From the NCBI GenBank assembly GCA_000320545.1, contig ADNK01001509.1, positions 62,001-126,000 on the forward strand: a stretch of DNA of 64,000 bases, written 5' to 3'. Position 1 is the first letter of the stretch, and each line of letters starts with the position of its first letter. Source of the stretch: Bigelowiella natans CCMP2755. Its lineage: Eukaryota > Protista > Cercozoa. Of this stretch, positions 1-11,842 are shown one piece after another. Below the pieces are notes generated by a model, which was not told the origin of the DNA, ran no database searches, and saw nothing but the letters and a program-made list of their open reading frames with translations. The position numbers and the translations under genes were made by a program.

Positions 1-136
1 TTCATAGGAAGGAAATAACACAGATAGTGGAGGGCATTTAAACCGAAAGAAATTAATAAAAATGAGTAGAGAAAGGGAAATGAAGAAGTGCAACAAGGCA
101 GCAGAGAGTATCATATTTATGATTCGGTCTCTTTAT

Positions 137-174
<38 letters not shown>

Positions 175-1202
175 GGGAAAATGAAGTTGTGCTTCTGCAA
201 GCGGTGGGGGACAGGAACATCTTTCACCCAATCTGTAGTAGAGCATGTGACAACAAGCAGTAGTCGCAAGTATAGAAGAAATAAAAAGAGCAAAAGAAGA
301 AGAAGAAGAAGAAGCAATCAACAACACACTATTCATTGGCTAGATTATCACGACACACCATGCAATGAAAGCCTGATATGGTGATGATTGTCCCCCTCCC
401 AAGACAAACGACATTTAAGGCCATAAAGATGGGCAGAGGAATCGAGATGAGTACACCGCTGATAGTAGAAAGTAGTAGCAGTTGTAGTGATAGTAACACC
501 AGATAATTACTTTTCTCTATCTGACACAGCCGAAGAGTATCCGTCTCCTGTCGTCGCTTCTGGCAGTATTCTTTAAAGCACAAGTGCGTGTGGGAGAGCA
601 GAATTGACATATGATGATGGGATGAGAGTGAATGAATGCGAGCGATATAATGATTTCCATAACCACCTTTCTACCATATTTTCCCTTCGCATTGATCACT
701 CTCACGGATATGATGTGGTAATCTAAATAACTGAATGCTCTAATGTACCCTCGCGAGCATGAGCCAGGAGGTCTCGTAGGCATTCACCTGGTGAGGTAAA
801 AGATGCTGATCATCATGATCATCATCATTAACATTATTATTATTATCATCAATATTATTATGGTTTTTTGTTATCTTCTGATGGAGTCTCCGGACCATCA
901 TGATGATGAGCTTTTATGCCGTATATATCTAGCAAAAGTGTGCTGATACGCACACAGACGCATCTACACACGCACAATTTCTAAATCTTCACCGGCGGGT
1001 CGGCAGCCAAATGGGTGATAGTAAGAACCAGCGTATGTGTGTAGAATCACCTAGACAATAACATCAAAAACAACAACAACAACAACAACAACAAAAACAA
1101 CAACAGTTGAATTATTGGATTCGTGCGATTTTGCCATAGAGTTCTCTTGTTTTCTCCCTGTCCTTTCTTCTCTCCGTGGGGTGTGCGTGCGTTTTGTCGT
1201 TA

Positions 1203-1235
<33 letters not shown>

Positions 1236-3036
1236 ATGGATATATAGCTTGCTACTACTACTACCTCCACCACTCGGTTGTGTTGTGTGACCCAACTGCA
1301 AGAAGGAGTATCACCAACAACAAGAACCGCAAATGAGATCCAACCAAACATAATTGTCTACGCACACATACTACATATTTATAATATATACCTCAACACA
1401 TGTGTGGATATTAAATTCATGCAACAACGCTGTTTGATATGCTGCTTCAAACGATTTTTTAGAAGGTACTATTACACGTGGAAAGCTGTGTGGGATTTCT
1501 GGCTCTCCCCTCGGAACAACTCATGTGAGAAAGAGGAGCTTTTGCTGGACCTATCATGTACTCCCTTTTCATCGTCCCTATTGTTTTCAGTGATAATAAC
1601 ACACAACAGAATAGCAATGTCGTCAGTGCAAACCATAGGCTAGACCTGAAACACAGAACTCTCCTTGCAGTTTTTCCATGGTACGTATTAGTAAGTTTCA
1701 TGGATGAAAACAGTAAAATTTTAGATAAAAATAAGGTGAGAAATGCTGCTGCCTTTTCATCATTATCCTCGATGCACATTCCGCACCATTATCATCACCT
1801 CTTTTTACGCGTCTTCTCCGGGTCGAAGTAAAGCTTGTACTGCAATAATAAGCACTCATCAGGAGCAGCACTATCACAAATACGTGCGCTATGATAAACA
1901 TGCATACATTCATACACACATTCAATGCAAACAAAAGCATCTTGATATGATACTACGCTTGCCCGACCTGCACGCCATCGTCAAGTTGCGGCTCTAACGG
2001 GTAGAACTCATTGGATCCTCCTACACCATACAGATACACGTGCAGAGGAAGGGCTCACCAGACGCGTCCCAACGTAGATGTTTCTACGCTTTTCTATGCT
2101 AGAATCACCTTCTTCCATCCGCACCTCGATGGTTTTCTTGTTATTGTTTCGGTCGGTCCGCTCCATGGCGTCGAGACGCGCTGCACGGGACACGGTTTCG
2201 CACTTGACCCACTCCACCACCCAAGACCCTGGAAACGTCGGGGAAGAAAGAGAATTACTTTACGGAGGATTTTGGTATTATAAGTGTCTGTTTGTTGATG
2301 CAAAGAGGTGATGACAGCTATCATGGAACATCTTCCTGCTTGCAGGGTCTGTTACTACTACCAGGGTTATTCGCCCCGCCTACGGGAAGGATGAATCGAG
2401 ACCAGCGACGGCGGTTTATCCTATGGTTTATGAAGAATTTGGATACCAATGAGTAAATTCGGACGTATAGTATTAGCGCAGTTTTGGAAGAATTGGGGCG
2501 CAACAGCCATGCGTTTATGTGCGAAAGCTTCGAGCGACCAGCTAATTAAGTTGTTGAGGAGGAGAAGAAGAAGTCCTATGGACACCATATTTGTAGCCTG
2601 GGACAGTAAACGCCGTAGATCCGATCCGGTACGAGATCGGAGGACCGCATACTGAAAGCCGAAGGGAAGGAAGAAGAGGGTCAAAATAGCACGAATCTAT
2701 ATGTTTATTTATTGTCGCTTAGTAATGTGCGACCACGAGTCGGCGCATGTATTTCCGCAGAGGATTCAAGTTCGGTGGCAGCGTAAGAGTGTTAGCTAGA
2801 GCCAGAATGCCTTCCGAAGCGAGGGATAGAGGCGCTGAGCACAAACACACAACGAAAACAAGATTAGCAGAAGGGAACGCCATTTGTTGCTTGCTCACCT
2901 TTAGACGCACGTAGTGGATTCATTGCACCTGAACGGGGGCCGACACTCTCGCTCATACGTTCAAGGGGAGAGGAAGAGGCGTGCCCCACCCTTCCGACAC
3001 GTCGATGATTCGTTTGTTGTAGGGTCCTGCTGACCA
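1..3036 (-). CDS. Multi-exon hypothetical protein, 3' end probably outside the window; exon model only partly resolved
   Basis: Short open segments flanked by AG/GT on the minus strand between microsatellite-rich introns (e.g. EYCQKRRQETDTLRLCQIEK ~515-575, DYHIISVRVINAKGKY ~675-722, VILHTYAGSYYHPFG ~990-1050, YKLYFDPEKTRKK ~1800-1840). Candidate ATG ~3036 with an aag|gtgag donor ~2899. No family recognised. Confidence 0.45.
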
Positions 3037-3038
3037 TT

Positions 3039-3245
3039 GCCAACAACTTGCCAACAACTTGCCAGCCAACAACTTGCCAACATCATCATTCTTACTGTAA
3101 TTTCCCCCCCTATTTCCCCCCCTATTTTCCTCCCTATCGAATTATCAGGACGTTTGTTTTCGTTTTCAACAACACTTTTGCAACAAGCACAAGCTCAACA
3201 CATTTACACCCAAATTTCCATCCTAATTTCTGCCCTAATTTGCAC
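3039..3245. repeat. Cluster of short imperfect tandem repeats (GCCAACAACTT x~3-4; TTTCCCCCCCTA x3; CCTAATTT-like x3)
   Basis: Read directly at 3039-3082, 3101-3137 and ~3209-3242. Confidence 0.75.
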
Positions 3246-4553
3246 CATCAGCCCTTGTTTTTGCCCGAGCAAGCAATCGAAGGAATCAAGCACTGACAGC
3301 CAGCTCTGCCAGTCTGAGGCTCGCGTGCGGTGCGTTGTGCGTTGTCAAGTCCCCATGCTGGCATGCACGTGGAGGGGATGACAGAAACAATTTTCACACT
3401 GGTCAAACACATTGTGGCATCAAGTGACCACCTCGTTGTCAGCAGCAACGAAACCACAGAGTGGATGAGCTTGTGGATGAGTTGTCATCACGATCAAAGC
3501 GATGCTTGTCCACATGCTGACCGAGCGCAGATCGATGCATGTAGCAAGCAGGCTGGCTAGCTGGCAGGAGGCCACAGTCATCTCGATTCATTGAGACCAC
3601 GGACAACGTGTTGGACACGAACTAGCGAAGAGGATGCACGCCAGTCTAGCAGTGCAAGCTAGCAATGAGAGTGCGACGTGCGATGTGGATCGAAATGTCG
3701 AAGTGAATCAAATCGTCACACACCTCTGTGTGCCTACCAACAATGGACAATGGCACTAGCCTAGGTGCGTGCACGTGCATTGTGCATCAAATGATGGCAG
3801 GACACCATGATCGGATGTGCATGCACAGCATCCACCGCACAAGCTACTAGCAAGGCTAGCAGATGCTCATGGCCTTCGTGGCTCCGCCAAGCGTGTTTTG
3901 CAACAAAGTGCATGTGCATTCATCAACCATTTCGCTGTGCCAGTTATTGTGTCCGCCGTGCATGGTCACAGCGTACATGCTGCACAGTTTGTTAATGCCT
4001 GGTGTTACCCACAGCGACACATATTTGAGGTGATCAGATGTGTTGTAGTTTTACGTTCATCTCTTTTTTAGTAAAACATACTTTTACACACCGATCATCG
4101 ATCATGCATCATCATTTTTAATTACTGGACATAGGCGGTGGCCAATGTAGTAGTAAAATCTATTCTCCTAATTAAACCCTATCCTTAAATCGAACTGATG
4201 AGGTGTATTTACATAAAACCTTGTACCAATTTCAAAACACACAGGACGGAAGAGGACAGCTCTTCCAACCATTTGCTACTTCCCTGCATTCTATACAGAT
4301 TGTTCCTGCTGCTGGATGTGGCATAAACGGAAGGTGGAGGGCACTTTCAACGGATAGTTCCCTTCGTAGTTGGTACCGGCATAGAGGTTTGAGAGGTTAC
4401 TACTGCTAAATTTGGGGGGGGGTTGAGAATGAATCTGAGATATTTGTCTCAATATATGCATCCTCGGATATGTAATTGATTTGTTCGTAAGGCAAATGTG
4501 CGTGGCTTTTGGGCATATAACCCTCTTTTCCACAGAGCCTTCTCTCTGGATCG

Positions 4554-7325
4554 TTACTGGCCTATGGGGGTGAAAAACTGTGGCGTGAGCTCAACAATAC
4601 TCTTCCCGGTAAAGTACTCGGAGAGCACGAATGTCACCAGTGCAATCATTGCCAAGCGGCCATTATTAATCTCCCCTGCCTGAGCCCGTAATTGCCCCGG
4701 TCTATCGTCGGGATACAGCATAAGAGGATCGAAGCCAAGGTCACCAGGACTAACCTCAGTGAACACTGGCCTACCTGCCTCCCCCCTTGCAATCATGTCT
4801 GCGTTCTCGATGCGAATTTCCCCCTTGAGACCACGCTCTCCATAAAGCAGCTCCAACGTAATGGTTGCTCCGAGGATGCTGGACCAGAAGAGGGGAGAGA
4901 TCTGCTGCAGGTCACCCCCGTTGAGTACATCGGGGTTTCTACCATCTTGCGTGAGCAGAGGTGCCACCTTGAGCAAGTTAGCGAGAGCGGGATCGAACAG
5001 CTCCTGCAGCGGCCATGCGGCCGCAGCCAGCATAGCAAGGCGGCCATGCTTCACCTCTGCTAGGCGCATGCGACGCAGCATTTCCGGGTCCTTCTTCACA
5101 CCAAAGAGGTCGATATTGTAATCTGCTGGCATTTGCCCTTGCTGCTGCTGCTGCTGCTGCTGCTGGCCGTCAGCTTCCGAGGTGCTATCTTCCACTGGGC
5201 GGACCATTGTGTCCATATCGTCGAAGAAATCCTTCGCCGCCGAGGGGGGCGGAGCGACGCTTGAAGTTGTCGACGTCGCTGCGACCTGCTGATCTGACAA
5301 GGCAGCTCCCTTAGACTCAAGCAGAACCCTGTCGACATCAGAGCCAGCAACTGTGAGCACCGGTCTTAATGTAGCATCCGCTTCCGCCCCGACCTCCTTT
5401 TCTGGGTATAAGGAGCGAAGAACCGGTTCTCCATCGTCAGATGGTATCTCAATACTGTGCTTGACCTTGGATACTACTTTCTCCACGGCCTTCGGAGACA
5501 CAAAGTGAACGTGAGCTTCTTCACTGCCCGCCGCCATATCCAGGCCACTGACCGTACCGAATTTAGCGAAGTAGCTTTGGAGGAGCTCCTTGCTAGCACC
5601 CTGAGGAAAGTTAACTCGTATCGTGCGTGTGGGCGTACTGACGCTCTTGCTCATCTGTGCACTGGGGACCTCTCCGCGAATAGCGATGTCTTCTTCCTTG
5701 AGAGCCTTCTGCACGGCCAGATTGTGCCCCATCAGTCTGTGGTACTGCCCCATCACCTTCTCAGTCGTCTTTTCGTTTTTAAAGGTGACGAATCCAAAAC
5801 CCCGTGATTTTCCCGTTTTCTTGCTCGCCATCACAGTGGCGTCCTTGACGGGTCCGAACTGCGAGAAGTGAATCACCAAGTCGACAGCTGAGGCAGTTTT
5901 GTTAAGGTTACCGACAAAGATACGCGTTGTCGGCATAGATTCGACAGCTCCCGGACGATTGAGGGACTCCTGGCGGCGCTGCATCTTTTCTTGGCCGTCA
6001 TCGTCTGTGTACCATTTGAAGTCCCGGATGTTAATCGGCATGCGAAATGTTTTGGCTCTCTGCGAGATCTTGCTGCGCCATAGCTCCCGCGATCCTGGCT
6101 TCTTGAAGTCGAGGATAATACCTCGAGCATCTCCAGTGTCTTTGTTGTGGAAAAAGTGCGTATTCCTCGTGAGCAACTTCCCCCAGTCGTCACCCATCAT
6201 CTTTTGCACCCTGCTCTTTAATTCTCCAGGCGTTAAGACCGGATTGTCGCCCGTGATAAATTTGCTTTCGATAATTATAGGATATCGGTAGAAGCGTTTT
6301 ACACTCAAAGCACGTCGTTCGAAACCTACCGGTCGCTGTGCCCAGAACGTCGCCCAGCGATTACGTGCTGCGTTGATCTTAAAATCTAATACAAGGCCCC
6401 TCCCCTGCATCCATTGGCATCTCTTCACTAGTGTCTCAAACTCGCGACCCATCGACATCTGAACTTGCTCCACAGCGTCTTCGACGTAGCTGTCACTCTC
6501 GAGAATCAGAGGGAAGCTGTACTTAATGAAACTTTGTGCTGGGGCACCTAGTTGATCGTAATCGAGCTCCTCGCGGTCCGTTTCGACAAGGAATTCCTTC
6601 GTTTTCTCATGGCATCTCGATGCGGCAAGGGCCTTAGCGACCGTCGCTGGCATCAGACCTCCCCCCTCCATCTTATAGAGCTCCACTCTCCCGATCGACA
6701 AAGCTTCTGGTTGCGCCCATTCTCGCAAGCATAGAGATCGGAATTCGTCCGAGCGGAAGTCGACGACCAGTCCCCTCCCTTGGAGGTAGCGTACCTCACG
6801 AACCATCTTCGGATACGCGGCACCTAGACTACGAGCTACTGCCCGTTCTGAAAGAATTACACCTTCGCTAGATACCAGAAGGATAGGATAGTCTAGCTTC
6901 ACCGTACGAATCCACCCTGATAATAAGTATGTGCTGTCACAACTCTCTACTTTCTCATCTCGCTTAAACGACTTTGTACTCTCTTTCATAAACGGGTTGT
7001 CTGCGGTGATCAACATTTATTGTAAAAAAAATGATAATACGCTACCTTCCTTCACTTCTGAAGCCGAAGTCTTCGGCGCTTCTACATCAAGGTTCACATT
7101 TGCTGCCGCTGCGTTCCTTTCAACCACAGCTTTTAGTCTCAGCGAGTTCTGATTGGCTCTTGATTCATATCGTAATGGTTTTTTTGAAATACTAGAAAGT
7201 CTCAATCCTGCCTTAGCAGCAGGCCCCCTTGAAAAATGCGTTGGACTGGAGAGGCGGGAAAATGTCTTCGCTCCAGAGGACAAGGTTGCCGCGGCCAAGG
7301 GCACCAAAAGCAAAAGGCGAATCAT
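4554..7325 (-). CDS. Plastid-targeted RRM-repeat / light-harvesting chlorophyll-binding (LHCZ-like) fusion protein, ~908 aa; complement(join(4554..7000,7046..7325))
   Basis: A 45-nt in-frame GT-AG intron (7045-7001, gaag|gtagc...cgcag|acaac) joins the 129-aa and 820-aa ORFs. N-terminus MIRLLLLVPLAAATLSS is followed by an S/R/K-rich transit-like segment. Canonical RRM (RIFVGNL, RGFGFVTF) ~5930-5700 and second RRM ~5625-5395. C-terminal LHC has EVKHGRLAM, a helix-2 Glu, GDLGFDPL and EINNGRLAM (5132-4554). Confidence 0.9.
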
Positions 7326-8512
7326 AGCCGCTGCAGCGTCCCACCTCGTTTTCACAAACTGAATAATATCGCAAGAGGCGACAGATGCTAGTTTTCCACC
7401 CTGCAAGAAAGCATTGTGTCAGTCTCGCTTCATTTGTGATGTGGGAACACGTTATACGAGCCTTACACCACACATACAAACGCATACACACATGCGCTCT
7501 ATTGTAGTGGACGAGTATGTACGTGCTATGGCCTAAATACCCAGCCACCCGTGCAGCTTAATCAGGAAAAATCACAAAGATGAAGTAATCGCAATTCACA
7601 CCTATTCCACGTAGACGGCCCTGAATGGTGGAGCGAGGTGGGTTGTTAAAAAGATTACGTAAGATATTAAATTCATTAACATCTGCAGCTGAAATGCGAA
7701 TCGTTCAAAATTCAATGACTAATCCATCGAATGAGTCGACATTTATGTTGTCGTATCTCAAAATACCGATGAATGATGTTTTCCAATAAAACCCAGGTAA
7801 GGATTACGAGAAATGATCCGGTTTTAATTTAGTTATACTTGAAATTACCGGCAATTTTGTCCATAATCTTTTAGGTTATGAATGTCGTAGTGACGAATAA
7901 GAGCGTTTTTAATAAAGAGTGGAGCTTTTCGTTCCGAGTTTCAGAATAACCCATACGAAAGATTTAAGGTTTTACATTCCCCAGATCCTCCAGAAAAATC
8001 ACTCCTTTTTGAATTAATTAACTATGTTCGCTATTTAACCTATCGAATTATGACCTATTTAATCAGGTTTGTCTATTCGATTCCTATAGACAGAGATGGA
8101 AATTGAAAGATGACTACGTAATTGGAATTTATCTCCACATTTGCATTTATTCGTTAATTCATAGAAGTCGCATCATAAAATAGGGTTTTTATAGATCCAA
8201 AATGGAAAATACCCCGAGTTTAGAACTTGTTTCGACGATCTTAACCTGCATTGTTGTCGCTAGAAAGAGAGCGATTGCTCTCCTCGGCAGATCAGCAAAG
8301 AAAGAGAAGCCGTTCCAAAAAAAACAATTGAATGATTTGGTCAAAGAATCACGCTGAAAACATCTAAATCTACAAAACAATATTTTCTGACATAAAATCA
8401 GCAGTAGTTTTACCGACGACGGCCTCCAATCCATACCCATGGGACAGCACCTCCCCATCGTGTGGTAGACGGGGGGGGAGCGAAGCACATACGAGGCCGG
8501 GCTCTGCTTGCA
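7326..8512. promoter_or_regulatory. Putative bidirectional promoter region between the RRM-LHC and OPR-like genes
   Basis: AT-rich, microsatellite-poor ~1.2-kb interval between two divergent signal-peptide-encoding starts (7325 - and 8513 +). Positional inference only. Confidence 0.4.
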
Positions 8513-8885
8513 ATGAATTTTCCACTTTTGCACTTGGCTACGATTCTGATTGCAACTCTTCAAGGGATTGGGTTTCATCACGCCCTCGCATTATCGTATG
8601 CTGTGCCCCAAACCACACCGCTCTGCCGTCGAGCACAAGGAGTCTCAGCTTACTTCTCCGCATCCAGGCAAGTTATCCACAGCGGCTGATTTAGAGTGTT
8701 TGTAAGCGGTTATTTTTTCTTTGGGGTCGAATGGTGTGCAGCGAGAGCGATAGACACGTCGAACAGTTCAAACAACAGTTTTGTTCGGTATAGGTATTAT
8801 CGGTCTGGAACTCCATTTGGTTCGGCTCGTCGTCTCGAAAAGTCACATGGTAAAATTAGGTTATCTTTGAGCTACAGCAGCTATG

Positions 8886-8926
<41 letters not shown>

Positions 8927-9192
8927 AACAACAACTGCAAGTAGTACTCAACTACCACCACTACCATCATGATGGTTTGGATGCTTGAAGTTTCTTGTAC
9001 TAGTAAATGAGTGCGAGCCGTTGAGTGCTTCCCAGATTTCTTCACGAATACTCATCGTGCGACAGCATGCATTTATAAGTACATCATATCAACAAATGCG
9101 GATCTCTGCTTAGGAAAACTACGGTTTGAACGAGGCAGGTTTGTTCCCCTACAACGCGGCTGCCAGTTAAATCAACAGGTATTAACGACACA

Positions 9193-9241
<49 letters not shown>

Positions 9242-9772
9242 AGACACACACACACACACACACACACGAGTACAGCATGACGCGAACCAACATCCCAAGC
9301 GCGGAATTGCATCATCATCGTCGTCGTCGTCGTCGTCGTCATCATTCTTGCAACCCTGGTTGGACGAATAAACTATGATATCAGGAGAATAGTCATCATG
9401 GGAAGGATGAGGCACCGAGTGCGGAAGAGGAAGTCAAATCATTATTGGATAGCGGTGGAGATGCCCTGTTCCAAAAGCCCAATGACGTACAATGCTTGCT
9501 AAGCCGGATGGAGTTTCTTACCCGGGGCGGCCAAGCCGCGCTCATGTGCGTGTGTGACACTGACCGCTTTCCTCTTTTGCTAACACTTTTGGAGAATGAC
9601 AAATTCTTTTGCCGCAAATCGAAGAGCTAACTGTGTGAAAAACATCTAACGACGCAGGAAGGAGTTCGAGCACGATCCATCTGCAGAGCTTGAATGGCGT
9701 TCTTCAATACACCAGCTACCAGACTTAATACCGAGTTTGGATGCAAGTCAAATAAGGGTCTGGAGCATACTA

Positions 9773-9864
<92 letters not shown>

Positions 9865-10306
9865 AACGTGTGCGTCTCCCTCTCATATATCTCCTCCCGA
9901 TCTTCCTTCTTAAACCCCAGTGTCCACTTCTGCTTTGATTGATAAGTTTTCATTGATAACGTAGCTCGCAATGCTTGCACTGTCTCGCTTAAAAGATAAT
10001 GAGACCTACGACCGCATATTCGCCTCTCTTACGGATAGAGCGACGCATCTATTACAGCAAGGTTTTTGGAGACATAATAATCATTAGCTGGTATACCAAA
10101 GATTGCGGCTGATTAGTCAATGTCGTATTATTGACGATGCCGTATTCCCGTGTATCGCTACAATTTATTTTTATTGTTTTTATGATTAGATGAAGAAATT
10201 TCCCCTTTCTTGGTCGTGGACATTCTGTGGAGTCTTGCAAGTGAGAAGAATGAAAACAGAAGAATATAGAATGATGCAATCCTATCCTACTTCTATCCCC
10301 ACTGTG

Positions 10307-10354
<48 letters not shown>

Positions 10355-10856
10355 ATTCTACATGCGTGCGTGAAAGGATGCTTGGGCACAATAATTTAAG
10401 CCATACAGTGATGATTTGGGGGAATTATTAACGATGTTGTTGTTGTTGCTGCTGCTGTTGTTGTACTACTGTAGGACTAAAGAGACCTGCGCCACCTGTG
10501 TTTTACCAGCGCATACGGCAAATCATTCACTCGGATAAAGGTCATCAGCGAAAAATACTTTATTTTCCTCTCTAAGTTAGATCTACCATGCTCTTCTATT
10601 CTTCTCTTAAATTCCAACGTAAAGAAAAAGGGATCCGAAAATGGGGGGCAACTGTTGGTTTCCAACTTCTGTCTACTTCCCCGCCCGAAAAAGAGAGAAT
10701 GAGGGAGAGAGCTGTTTATCTTGTTCACTTGTTATCATCATTAGATTTGGACGTCTTCCGTCCGCATAAGCTGAGATGCCTCATACGTATCGTCTGGTCG
10801 ATGGGCAGAATGGTAATTCGTAGGGGGGGGAGGGAGGAGGAAGAGAGAGGGAGGGA

Positions 10857-10900
<44 letters not shown>

Positions 10901-11800
10901 AGAGGACGAACTCTTGAAGGCATGCATGTAGATGCAGCTTCTTCAATCTATCCGTCAATCATCATTTCATCCATCCTACGTTCAGATAAGTTTTAAAATC
11001 GAGCGGGAAGAAGTGGTGTTGGGTGAAGATGCAAAAGCGCGAGATATCCTACGACAGCGAATTTCCTCGGCTATGGCAGGTTGGTTTTGAAACCGTTCCT
11101 TTCGATCCAATACTGATTATGATGACAATGGGTGAGAACCCTGCATCTGTGTGTTTGCCGTTTTCTAACTTGAAGAAACAGTTTTGTATATTTGTGCGTG
11201 TTAAAGTCGGTATGTTGTCTGAAATCATCTGTTGATTTTCCAATATACCAGCTTAACCATGACTGACTGCTTCTAAGCAAGCGTGAGAGAAAGTATTGAT
11301 CCCCGGATTCTCCTTTCCCCTCCCCCTCCCTCAGAGACGATGTTAACAAAGAATCGGGGCTTACGTAGTGACATCTCGCTTCGATCTGTGTTCGATATGG
11401 TATAAGCCTCATTGTACGGAATATGCACGTTTTTGGTGCTCACATCAATGCAGCAGTGCAAGTTGTTGTCACCTGTCGCACTTAATAGCAGTTTTAGCGT
11501 TCAATTCCATGCAAAGCTATCAGCTTAGCCGAAATTTGTTATCATCACCGTGATCATCATTACCATCATCGTCACCACCACAACCATCATCATCGTCGTC
11601 ATCATCATCATCATCATCTAATCATTGTCGCACAAGAGTCATCATTGATTGCTGTATGACACATGTTAAAAAAATGTGCAGACTCTGGCTTCGCCTCCAC
11701 TCCAGCTGCAACTGGATGAAAGATTGAAAAATAAGCTTATTTGGTTTCTAGGGATCCGCGACAGGTAAAAATATAAGCAGGATACTACACTTATGGTCTC

Positions 11801-11842
<42 letters not shown>

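Noticed and set aside
3039-3082. Short direct repeats as a CRISPR-like array
   Set aside because: 11-bp units with no unique spacers, in a eukaryotic context with no cas genes.
7017-7019. In-frame TAA between the 129-aa and 820-aa ORFs suggesting read-through or a pseudogene
   Set aside because: It lies inside a canonical 45-nt GT-AG intron (7045-7001).
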